Part shown: piece by piece, positions 7,234-14,951 of the stretch | Numbering within the stretch: position 1 is the stretch's first letter | How the letters are laid out: each line of letters starts with the position of its first letter | IMG/VR virus record: IMGVR_UViG_3300032303_000243 | Coordinates: 1 to 31,718 of that record | Length of the DNA: 31,718 nt | From: a virus | Taxonomy: Duplodnaviria; Caudoviricetes | Direction: 5' to 3' (one strand) | Program-made: the position numbers and the translations under genes | The notes under the pieces: model-generated | Told to the model about the DNA's origin: nothing | Database searches by the model: none | What the model saw: only the letters and a program-made list of their open reading frames with translations

Positions 7234-7337
7234 GGCTGACCAAGCGCGGTATGCGTTTAGCACAGTTCACGTTTGTTATTGGTTTGCCGCTGACAATGAT
7301 GTTGGTTGGCTGGATTGAGAACGGAGGAATCAAATGA
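7230..7337 (+). CDS. 35-aa membrane peptide (MRLTKRG...)
   Basis: ATGA overlaps at both ends; basic N-terminus followed by one hydrophobic helix. Confidence 0.6.
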   Translation: MRLTKRGMRLAQFTFVIGLPLTMMLVGWIENGGIK

Positions 7338-7531
7338 GAGGGCGATCTTGTAAGGAAGTTCTGGATGATTTTCTTTGGACGTGGGACGAACATCGGGGAG
7401 ATGTTTTATTGGCTGCGATGCGAGTAGACATGAAGCCCGAATCATTGTCGCGTGCGCTGTATCGGGCAAAGCGACGAGGTTATTCCGTTGAGTTCCGAGA
7501 CACGTCGAAAAGGATCAAAAAAAATGGGTAA
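7334..7531 (+). CDS. Small HTH-like hypothetical protein
   Basis: GGAGG RBS; AAMRVDMKPESLSRALYR resembles a helix-turn-helix. Confidence 0.55.
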   Translation: MRGRSCKEVLDDFLWTWDEHRGDVLLAAMRVDMKPESLSRALYRAKRRGYSVEFRDTSKRIKKNG

Positions 7532-7709
7532 CGTTGAAGTGCTGTTGACATTACAAGAAATTGAACGAAGGCTTGGTTATGCACGCGGCACACTTACATC
7601 GTTGCGTGCTAAGGGATACATGCCCGAGCCGGATCAGCAATACGGCAGAACTCCATTGTGGAAAGAAACGACAATCGAAAATTGGCTAACTAGCCGGAAG
7701 GGTTACTGA
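7524..7709 (+). CDS. AlpA/excisionase-like HTH DNA-binding protein
   Basis: LLTLQEIERRLG..GT....R.KGYMPEPD...GRTPLW...TIENW pattern. Confidence 0.75.
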   Translation: MGNVEVLLTLQEIERRLGYARGTLTSLRAKGYMPEPDQQYGRTPLWKETTIENWLTSRKGY

Positions 7710-7710
7710 A

Positions 7711-8394
7711 ATGATTGGTCTGACTAACGAGCAGTATGAGGTTTTGCTCAAAGACCTCAGCGCAGGGCGCGTTGCTAAACGCAAGCAGGCGGGTATCGAA
7801 CTGTCGTATCTGGAGGCGTGGGATGTGCGAGCGCATCTCATTCGCATCTTCGGGTTCGGTGGTTGGTCCTCTGTCGTGGAATCTGCTGAGTTGGCATTTG
7901 AGGAGAACGTCAACGGCAAGTGGAGTGTGGGATACAAGGTGATACTGCGCCTCACGGTGCATGATCTTGGCTGCTACTACACGGAGGCTGCGGTTGGTTC
8001 GTCTACGCAGGGTTCGCGTGGCGAGGCTCACGACATGGCGATCAAGACTGCGGAGTCTGATGCCATGAAGCGTGCTGCTGTGAATCTTGGTACGCAATTT
8101 GGTTTAAGCCTGTATGACAACGGTTCCCGTAAAGATGTTGTTGGGCACAGCCTTGTCCAGCCAAATCACTACGCAGATGAAATGGTTGTCGATCTGACTG
8201 AACACGATCACTTGCTGGATGTGTATGTGGACATGATTCAGGAGGCTGCTAGTGAGGAAACTCTCCGTGAGGTTTGGCGCGAGATTGAACAGTCTGCAAT
8301 GCAAGATTGCATCGGTACTAACGGTGATTCTCTGCGCGACATGGTTGTCTCTGCCCTGAACGTTATCCGTCAGACACAGGCTGGTGAATCATGA
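7711..8394 (+). CDS. Rad52/Rad22-like (Sak) single-strand annealing recombinase
   Basis: LSYLEAWDV..LIRIFGFGGWS and A.KTAESDAMKRAAVNLG.QFGLSLY motifs. Confidence 0.9.
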   Translation: MIGLTNEQYEVLLKDLSAGRVAKRKQAGIELSYLEAWDVRAHLIRIFGFGGWSSVVESAELAFEENVNGKWSVGYKVILRLTVHDLGCYYTEAAVGSSTQGSRGEAHDMAIKTAESDAMKRAAVNLGTQFGLSLYDNGSRKDVVGHSLVQPNHYADEMVVDLTEHDHLLDVYVDMIQEAASEETLREVWREIEQSAMQDCIGTNGDSLRDMVVSALNVIRQTQAGES

Positions 8395-8504
8395 GCAAGC
8401 GTGAGCCGGTTGTCAGATGCCATGGATGCGGAGGTTGGGTGGTTCCTTACCGCAAGTGTGCAACCTGCATGATCATCGCTGATCCGGAGGTTTACCGTGA
8501 CTGA
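8391..8504 (+). CDS. 37-aa zinc-ribbon peptide
   Basis: ATGA coupling; CHGCGGW...CATC. Confidence 0.55.
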   Translation: MSKREPVVRCHGCGGWVVPYRKCATCMIIADPEVYRD

Positions 8505-8862
8505 CGTTATAACTCCTATGCAGGTAGAGCGGAGGCTTCTCGCTCTCAGTAAAGAACTTGACGATTCACATAACGTTCTAGTTGCTGCAGAGCATGGCTA
8601 CATGAAAGCCAAGACTGATTCCGAGATTGAGGCGGCTAAGTGGCGCATGAAGATTCGACAGCGTGCGTTAGATGCAGGCAGAAAGATAACAGTCGGAGAG
8701 GTGGATGACGAAACAATGCTGCGCTGCGAGTCGCTGCTGAATGCCTTGTCTATCGCTGAGGCTGTTGTCAAAGCGGAACGCGCTAACGCTGCGCGTATCC
8801 GTACTCAGATTGATATTGCTCGTTCTATCGGGACGAGCGTCCGAAAGTCTATGGAAGGGTGA
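8497..8862 (+). CDS. Coiled-coil protein, possible recombination mediator (UvsY-like)
   Basis: All-helical 121 aa between recombinase and exonuclease; GGAGG RBS. Confidence 0.55.
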   Translation: MTDVITPMQVERRLLALSKELDDSHNVLVAAEHGYMKAKTDSEIEAAKWRMKIRQRALDAGRKITVGEVDDETMLRCESLLNALSIAEAVVKAERANAARIRTQIDIARSIGTSVRKSMEG

Positions 8863-8864
8863 TC

Positions 8865-9530
8865 ATGTTTGATACCGCCGAATTAGTGGCTTCACTGCTG
8901 CGAGAGAAAGGTGAGAGGAGCCGTCAGAAAGAGATTGGGCCATCAGAGATTGGTGGCTGTAGGCGCAAGTTGTGGTACCGCCTGAAAGAACAGGAAGTAA
9001 CTAATCCAGATACGTTGTCCTTGGCGGCGTTCATGGGGACCGCTATACACGAAAAGATTGAACAACAGATCTCTCGCATTGATCTGTTCGGAGACATGCT
9101 GCGAGAAGTTGAAGTTGAATCGGACGGTGTGTACGCACACTTGAAGGGTCATATCGATCTGTTCATTCCAAAAGCAAAGATCGTTATTGACTGGAAAACA
9201 ACTACGAAGAAAAACTTGTCTCGGTTCCCTAGCGAGCAGCAGCGTTGGCAGGTGCATTTATATGCGGCCATGCTGATTGAGTCAGGGCATGAAGTTGAGG
9301 AAGTTGCTTTGGTGGCTTTTGCCCGTGACGGTAACGAGAACGATGTTCGGATTCATCAGGAACCTTACGATCAATCGGTAACGGCTTCTGCGATGGAGTG
9401 GCTGGAGGACGTTATGTCTTACGTAGACGAGTTGCCTCCCGCTGATAATCATCCGCGTTTCTGCCGTGACTACTGTCAGTTTTACGACCGTTCGGGTGAA
9501 GTGGGCTGTCCCGGTTCAACCGATCACTAA
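8865..9530 (+). CDS. Cas4-like / PD-(D/E)XK exonuclease
   Basis: IGPSEIGGCRR, GTAIH, GHIDL..DWKT, QVHLY, C-terminal FC..YC..CP. Confidence 0.88.
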   Translation: MFDTAELVASLLREKGERSRQKEIGPSEIGGCRRKLWYRLKEQEVTNPDTLSLAAFMGTAIHEKIEQQISRIDLFGDMLREVEVESDGVYAHLKGHIDLFIPKAKIVIDWKTTTKKNLSRFPSEQQRWQVHLYAAMLIESGHEVEEVALVAFARDGNENDVRIHQEPYDQSVTASAMEWLEDVMSYVDELPPADNHPRFCRDYCQFYDRSGEVGCPGSTDH

Positions 9531-9549
9531 CTAAACAGGAAGGGTAAAA

Positions 9550-10350
9550 GTGAGCATACAAAGAGTTCCATCTGTGCCTTTTGCGCAGATCGCTAATGTG
9601 GCTTTGCGTGATAAGCGTTTGTCTTTCAAGGCGCGTGGCATTCTCGCGCTGGTGTTGTCTCATTCTGGTGAGTGGACTGCGCCTATGCGGTGGCTGGAGT
9701 CACAGTCTGATCATGATGGTCGTGTAGCGATACAGGCTGGTCTTAATGAACTAACTGATCTGGGTTATCGGTTAGTCACTCGGAAAAGGGTGAATGGCGA
9801 AATACGCACTGTCGTCGTATGGCGTCATGCTCCAACTGTTCAGGAAACCCGACCGACTGGGAACCCGACCGTCGGAGAATCTGACCCTCAGGTGACCGGG
9901 GCTTCTTCAGAAGACCATTCTTCAGAACAACATAGAACAGAACACCAACAAGAACTCACGCAGGGCGGCTTGGCGGTCCGAGAAGATCCGGTTCAGGGCG
10001 AGTTAGTATCGGCGGCTCCTAGGCTCTCTGAGGCGCGTTTACGGGCCGCTTTTGATGAGTTCTGGTCTGCCTACCCGAGACCGGACGCGAAGAAGGCGGC
10101 GGTGAAGTCATTCAGGAAGGCAGCAGCCGAAGTTGGCGTGGATGTGCTCATTGTCGGTGCCAAGCGTTACAGGGATGATCCGAATCGCGATCCACAGTTC
10201 ACCGCTCATGCTGCTACATGGCTGAATCAGGGTAGGTGGGATGACGGGCTGCTACCGGGACGCAGGACGGCAACGGCTGGAGATCGTCGAATGCAACAGT
10301 ACGAACATCTAATGAATCAGTTTGGTAACGGAAGGGAGATCGGTCAATGA
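9550..10350 (+). CDS. Replication initiation protein (N-terminal wHTH, DnaD-like C-terminus)
   Basis: FAQIAN..LRDKRLSFKARGIL; FDEFWSAYPR..AKKAA; HAATWLNQGRWDD. Confidence 0.85.
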   Translation: MSIQRVPSVPFAQIANVALRDKRLSFKARGILALVLSHSGEWTAPMRWLESQSDHDGRVAIQAGLNELTDLGYRLVTRKRVNGEIRTVVVWRHAPTVQETRPTGNPTVGESDPQVTGASSEDHSSEQHRTEHQQELTQGGLAVREDPVQGELVSAAPRLSEARLRAAFDEFWSAYPRPDAKKAAVKSFRKAAAEVGVDVLIVGAKRYRDDPNRDPQFTAHAATWLNQGRWDDGLLPGRRTATAGDRRMQQYEHLMNQFGNGREIGQ

Positions 10351-10814
10351 ACGAGCGGGAAGTCTTAACGTTACTGATTTACTGTAACGAATTGGATGGC
10401 AGGCACGCACCTAACGAGATCAAGGTTGCTGCTTGGCATGATGTGTTTAGTAACGAGGCGCAGGGCATGACGTTATCGTTCGCGCAGGATATTGCGCGGC
10501 GTCACTACAGCACGCTGCAAGATGTGATGATCACTCCTGCTGGCTTTGTTAAGGCTTGGCGAGATCATCGTAAATATCAGCAAGCGCAACGTGTAGAGAT
10601 AAACAATCTGGAACGTCATTGTGGTAAGCAATACTGTGTCTGCACTCATGGAGACCCGTGTTATCGCGGTTGGATTGATTATTTGGGCGAGGATTACACG
10701 GTTCCGTGCGGTGTTTGCCGTGCAGATTTACGAGATGCGTTAGCAAAAGTGCCGTCGCGTGGGCGGCGGGAGCAGCATCATTTTGAGGCGATCCGTACAA
10801 GGCATCAGCCATGA
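10347..10814 (+). CDS. Putative helicase loader/inhibitor-like protein with Cys/His-rich C-terminus
   Basis: Follows Rep; M...E...LL....D.R....AW pattern; CVCTH..PCYRGW..PCGVC. Confidence 0.55.
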   Translation: MNEREVLTLLIYCNELDGRHAPNEIKVAAWHDVFSNEAQGMTLSFAQDIARRHYSTLQDVMITPAGFVKAWRDHRKYQQAQRVEINNLERHCGKQYCVCTHGDPCYRGWIDYLGEDYTVPCGVCRADLRDALAKVPSRGRREQHHFEAIRTRHQP

Positions 10815-10896
10815 CAGGGGAACCTACGTTTGAGTCAGCGTTATGGCGCATCTCGTTAGCAACGTATGTTGTCACGTTGACCGCTACCATAATGTT

Positions 10897-11286
10897 ATGG
10901 ATCGTTTCTTTGTGCCGGGTGCGCCGATACCGCAAGGCTCGCTGAAGTTCATTAACGGTCATGCGATTCATGCTCGCGCTGCTGATCTTGCAACATGGCG
11001 AGCGATGATTTACGCGAAGGCTCGTGAAACTGTGCCGATGCGTGACGGTGCCGTATATGTCGGTTTGACGTTCGTTATGCGGAAACCTAAAACGGTGAAG
11101 CGAGAACTCCCGTTCGTTAGACCCGATATAGATAAGTTGGTTAGAGCCGTATTGGATGGGCTGACGGGTGCTGCCTATGTGGATGATGAGCAGGTTTGTG
11201 TTCTGGCTGCTGAGAAAGTGTACGGAGAACAGACGGGATGTTTCATCACGATCGGGAGCGTTAATGAATCTGGCAGCACTGCGTGA
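10897..11286 (+). CDS. rusA: RusA-like Holliday junction resolvase
   Basis: FFVPGAPIPQGS, RPDIDKLVRAVLDGL, DDEQV motifs; start uncertain. Confidence 0.9.
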   Translation: MDRFFVPGAPIPQGSLKFINGHAIHARAADLATWRAMIYAKARETVPMRDGAVYVGLTFVMRKPKTVKRELPFVRPDIDKLVRAVLDGLTGAAYVDDEQVCVLAAEKVYGEQTGCFITIGSVNESGSTA

Positions 11287-11608
11287 AACTGTTTGGCAAC
11301 GGTGCGGTGGTTACTGCGAGATGTGCGGTGTTCCAGTTCGCCGTGATCAATTCGCGTTACATCATCGTAAGTTGAAGTCGCGTGGCGGCAAGAACGAAGT
11401 AACTAATCTAGTTGCATTACATCATTACTGTCATAACCTTGGGACTGATTCAGTTCATTTAAATCCTGAGGTTGCGACACGCGCAGGTTTTCTCGTGGCG
11501 TCGTGGTGTGATCCGGCAGATATTCCGGTAATATTAGGTGACGGCGGCGAAGCGTTTTTGCTTCCTGACGGAACATATCGAATGACGGGAGAAGGTAATG
11601 GCTGGTGA
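11264..11608 (+). CDS. HNH endonuclease
   Basis: RCGGYCEMCG, LHHRKLKSRGG, NLVAL...CH. Confidence 0.85.
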   Translation: MNLAALRETVWQRCGGYCEMCGVPVRRDQFALHHRKLKSRGGKNEVTNLVALHHYCHNLGTDSVHLNPEVATRAGFLVASWCDPADIPVILGDGGEAFLLPDGTYRMTGEGNGW

Positions 11609-11975
11609 TCCTGTAATAAGCCTCGTTGGGAATGTTGGCGCTGATCCTGAATTGCGTTTTATCGCTGACGGCACGGCTGTATGCACGCTTCGCGTTGCTA
11701 ACACGGAGCGAAAGTTAATCAACGGTGAGTGGCAGGATATTCGCACGAACTGGTTTCGTGTGACTGCTTGGCGCGCTGATGCTGAGGCTGCGGCTGAACA
11801 CATCACCAAAGGAACGAAGGTTTCCGTTAGCGGCAAGTTGACTTTCAGCGAGTACGAGAAGGACGGCAAGCAGAATGTCGTTCCCGAGATTAGTGCTGAT
11901 GTTATTGCGATTGTGCCGCGTCCGTTGAAGAAGAATGAAAGTAAGAAACCCGAAACTGATGGGAGTCCGTGGTGA
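11598..11975 (+). CDS. ssb: Single-stranded DNA-binding protein
   Basis: LVGNVGADPELRF, WFRVTAW, KGTKVSVSG.L, acidic tail ending SPW. Confidence 0.93.
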   Translation: MAGDPVISLVGNVGADPELRFIADGTAVCTLRVANTERKLINGEWQDIRTNWFRVTAWRADAEAAAEHITKGTKVSVSGKLTFSEYEKDGKQNVVPEISADVIAIVPRPLKKNESKKPETDGSPW

Positions 11976-12220
11976 CTAATCCGTTTGATGAGCCAAGCGT
12001 TGTTCATTTTGATGACGGCGCTAACGAGGAGATCGACTCAGGTGAGGCGGCTGCGATCCTTGGCGTGACTGTGAATAATCTTCGGCAGATCACGCACAAG
12101 AAACTTCTCACCGTGATCCGGCATGAGAAGCGCAAGGCAATGTTCCGCGCAAGTGATGTGCGGCAGTTTAAGGCAATACGCGAGCAGCAGAAGCAGGCAC
12201 GCGACAGCAAGAAGGTGTAA
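11969..12220 (+). CDS. MerR/excisionase-type HTH protein, candidate late regulator
   Basis: IDSGEAAAILGVTVNNLRQ..F.ASDV; last gene of the replication block. Confidence 0.75.
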   Translation: MVTNPFDEPSVVHFDDGANEEIDSGEAAAILGVTVNNLRQITHKKLLTVIRHEKRKAMFRASDVRQFKAIREQQKQARDSKKV

Positions 12221-12231
12221 TATCCATAGTC

Positions 12232-12277
12232 TCAGGGGAGGGTGAGCGGTCCTACCCTTCCTGCTCCCCTCCCCTGA
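12232..12277 (+). ncRNA. Strong intergenic hairpin, candidate small RNA with anti-RBS loop
   Basis: TCAGGGGAGGG-T-GAGCGG / CTGCTC-C-CCCTCCCCTGA stem; loop TCCTACCCTTC; no U-tract; TAATAT possible -10 at 12218-12223. Confidence 0.6.
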
Positions 12278-12303
12278 ACCCCTACACGTAACGGGAGTGT
12301 GCG

Positions 12304-12918
12304 GTGCCTGATCCGTCGATTGTTGATTCCTCCGTCAAAGTTGTTTCTATTGACAGTCTTATTCCTCACCCGCAGAACGTGCGGAAAGGAAATGTGCAAG
12401 CGATTCGGGAATCGCTCATGGTGCATGGGCAATACCGCCCCGTGTTGGTGCAGAAGTCCACTAATCACATCGTCGCTGGTAATCACACATATGCCGCTGC
12501 ACGACAGTTGGGCTGGTCGAAGATTCAAGCAGCGTTTATTGATGTTGATGATGCTGCCGCTATTCGCATTATGCTCGTTGATAACAGGACAACTGAGTTG
12601 GCTTCTAACAATGAGGCTGCTCTGCTGGAACTTCTGCGTTCACTTGATGATGATATTGCGGGTTCGGGATATGACGCAGAAGATCTTGATGACTTGATCT
12701 TCAAGGTTGAAGGGCATCTGGGAACGATGACGGATGCTTTATCTGCTTCTGAAAGGCTTGAAGGTTATGAAGCGCGTGGTATCAAGAGCATTGTGCTGCC
12801 TTTCGATAACGCAGAGTACGAGACACTAATGCCGATGATTACTGAGGTTCGTAACGCCTTAGGTCTGGAAACTAACAGTCAACTGTTCGCTTATCTGGTT
12901 CGCGCTGCTCATGCTTGA
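12304..12918 (+). CDS. ParB/sulfiredoxin N-terminal domain protein
   Basis: IDSLIPHPQNVRKG..I.ESL..HGQYRP, IVAGNHT..AA, DNRT motifs. Confidence 0.88.
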   Translation: MPDPSIVDSSVKVVSIDSLIPHPQNVRKGNVQAIRESLMVHGQYRPVLVQKSTNHIVAGNHTYAAARQLGWSKIQAAFIDVDDAAAIRIMLVDNRTTELASNNEAALLELLRSLDDDIAGSGYDAEDLDDLIFKVEGHLGTMTDALSASERLEGYEARGIKSIVLPFDNAEYETLMPMITEVRNALGLETNSQLFAYLVRAAHA

Positions 12919-13765
12919 GATTAGAAAAGCGCGCCAAGAGTGGAAGCCGATAGATCGTAAGCACCACGCGCCGATTCTTGAAGGATTGAGTGAATCGGTA
13001 AAAGTGATAGACGAGAACACTAATCAGACTGTGGCTTTACAGATACTGCTAGATGATGATCTGTTAGATGATCGACGCTGGCTGGCTAGACAACTCCATT
13101 ACGGAACTAAATGGACTGATCCGCACAACATCAAGTCTGTTACGGGAGCGTCACGCCTGAACGGTATGCGTTATGAAAACAGAACCTTTGGTACATCTGC
13201 GCCTTCACCGCTTCGGCAAAGGTACGGATGTTCGTATGCTCAGTTCAATAATGACTATCCGCAGGCTTACGGGATTCTTGAGAAACTCACGAAACTGTGG
13301 TGGGAAGTTCTAGAACGTGAATGGCCGGAGAAGGCGCAGCAGCATAAGGAACTCGTCGATGAATCTATTCATGCAGATTGGTTAATCGCGGGAGTCGGGT
13401 GGACTTCAGGCATCATAAATAACACTGCCGCACTTCCGTACCATCGTGACAGCGCCAACATCAAAGGCACCATTTCAGCGATGCTGTGCCTGCGTAACAG
13501 GATCGGCGGTGGTGCCCTTCATCTGCCGGAGTACGACGTAAATCTTGGTATACCTGACGGCTCTCTCACCATCTTTGATGGGCAGGATCTATGGCATGGC
13601 GTAACTCCGCTGGTGAATGAGCGACCAGATGGTTACCGCTTCACGATTGTCTGGTACACGAAAGCCGGTATCGGGGCCTGTGGCTGCGCCGCAGAAGAAC
13701 CGCAGAGAGCAGCGCAACGTGTTACCGAACTGGCAGAGAAAAAACTCAAGAATAGGACGACTTAA
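12911..13765 (+). CDS. TET/JBP-family 2OG-Fe(II) dioxygenase
   Basis: WTSGIINNTAALPYHRD (HxD), GGALHLPEY, HGVTP (distal H), RFTIVWY (2OG-binding R); next to ParB as in phage TET/JBP loci. Confidence 0.85.
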   Translation: MLEIRKARQEWKPIDRKHHAPILEGLSESVKVIDENTNQTVALQILLDDDLLDDRRWLARQLHYGTKWTDPHNIKSVTGASRLNGMRYENRTFGTSAPSPLRQRYGCSYAQFNNDYPQAYGILEKLTKLWWEVLEREWPEKAQQHKELVDESIHADWLIAGVGWTSGIINNTAALPYHRDSANIKGTISAMLCLRNRIGGGALHLPEYDVNLGIPDGSLTIFDGQDLWHGVTPLVNERPDGYRFTIVWYTKAGIGACGCAAEEPQRAAQRVTELAEKKLKNRTT

Positions 13766-14461
13766 ATGCAGTTAGAACGCATGAACATTAAAGGTCTGCT
13801 ATTCGATGTTCGTAAAGGGACAAGTGACCGTAAAGCGGTAGAAGAAGTTGTAGGCAGAGGCGGCTACAAGCGCAAAGGACATGAACCGCGAGTAGGCGAA
13901 CATTGGATAGACATCGGGGCAAACGTCGGAGCATTCAGCGTATGGGCTGCTACTCTAGGCGCAACCGTCGAAGGTTTCGAGCCAGATCCCGAATCAGCCG
14001 AACTCGCAGCACACAACATCAACATTAACGGTCTGTCTAACGTCGCACGCATAACTACAGCAGCACTCACTACAGACTCAACAGAAGGAACAGCAAACCT
14101 GCACCGCAACACGGCACGCGGCAACGTTTGGCGCAATAGCCTGTTCAAGCAATGGCGAGGAGGCGACACGATACAGGTGCCAACACAACCTGTAACGGAT
14201 TACTGGCTCCCCGGCAACTGCATCAAACTAGATGCAGAAGGAGCAGAGATGCCTATCCTAGAAGCGCAAGCAACACAGCCAGTAAAGAAACTCGTTTTCG
14301 AATGGTCATTCGACATCGACCGAAGCATCACCAGATTCAACAACGTGATCGAACAACTACGAAACACGTACCAAGACATTCACTACTCAAAGTTCCAAGA
14401 AGGTCACGAAGAATGGCCTTCATCATGGTTCCCACCATGCAGAACCGTATGGTGCAAATAA
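13766..14461 (+). CDS. FkbM-family SAM-dependent methyltransferase
   Basis: WIDIGANVGAFS, FEPDP, IKLDAEGAE. Confidence 0.88.
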   Translation: MQLERMNIKGLLFDVRKGTSDRKAVEEVVGRGGYKRKGHEPRVGEHWIDIGANVGAFSVWAATLGATVEGFEPDPESAELAAHNININGLSNVARITTAALTTDSTEGTANLHRNTARGNVWRNSLFKQWRGGDTIQVPTQPVTDYWLPGNCIKLDAEGAEMPILEAQATQPVKKLVFEWSFDIDRSITRFNNVIEQLRNTYQDIHYSKFQEGHEEWPSSWFPPCRTVWCK

Positions 14462-14477
14462 TGAAAGCCGTAAACAC

Positions 14478-14951
14478 ATGAGCGATAAATACGACCCCGA
14501 CGTTATAGAAAAAGAACGCAAGGTTCTAGAACTCAGGCGTGCTGGCTTAACGTTTGATCTGATCGCTCAGGAAGTTGGTTACAGTAATGCGTCTGGGGCG
14601 CATCATGCGTTCACGCGAGCCTTGAAGCGCACTCTGAATAACGCTGGCGCTGATGAGATTCGTTCAACTGAGTTGGATCGTCTGGATCGTTTGCAGCGGT
14701 TCGCGTGGGCTTCAGCAGCGCAGGGGAACATGAGGGCGATCGACACGATCCTGCGTATCATGCAGAGACGCGCAAGGCTCCTAGGTTTGGATGCGCCTAT
14801 CGTTCAGGAAGTGACTACGTATGACGGGAACGGCAGCGACATTGACAGGGAAGTTCAGAGACTTGTCGCGCTTCTTGCCGCAGATAGCAGCAGCGAGGAG
14901 CCAATGGCAGAATCATCTGGCGAGACCGGAGCAACTACCACCGACGAGTGA
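14478..14951 (+). CDS. terS: Terminase small subunit
   Basis: HTH (LELRRAGLTFDLIAQEVGY), RRARLLGLDAP, directly before the large terminase. Confidence 0.8.
   Translation: MSDKYDPDVIEKERKVLELRRAGLTFDLIAQEVGYSNASGAHHAFTRALKRTLNNAGADEIRSTELDRLDRLQRFAWASAAQGNMRAIDTILRIMQRRARLLGLDAPIVQEVTTYDGNGSDIDREVQRLVALLAADSSSEEPMAESSGETGATTTDE

Noticed and set aside
8831-8847. GGACGAGCGTCCGAAAG, resembling hammerhead stem II plus GAAA
   Set aside because: No CUGANGA or stems I/III in register; lies within coding sequence
10811-10945. 44-aa hydrophobic ORF coupled to the 10347 gene
   Set aside because: Plausible membrane peptide but overlaps rusA by 49 nt and lacks other support
14650-14660. CTGATGAG core-like word in terS
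   Set aside because: Encodes Ala-Asp-Glu; no flanking helices or GAAA
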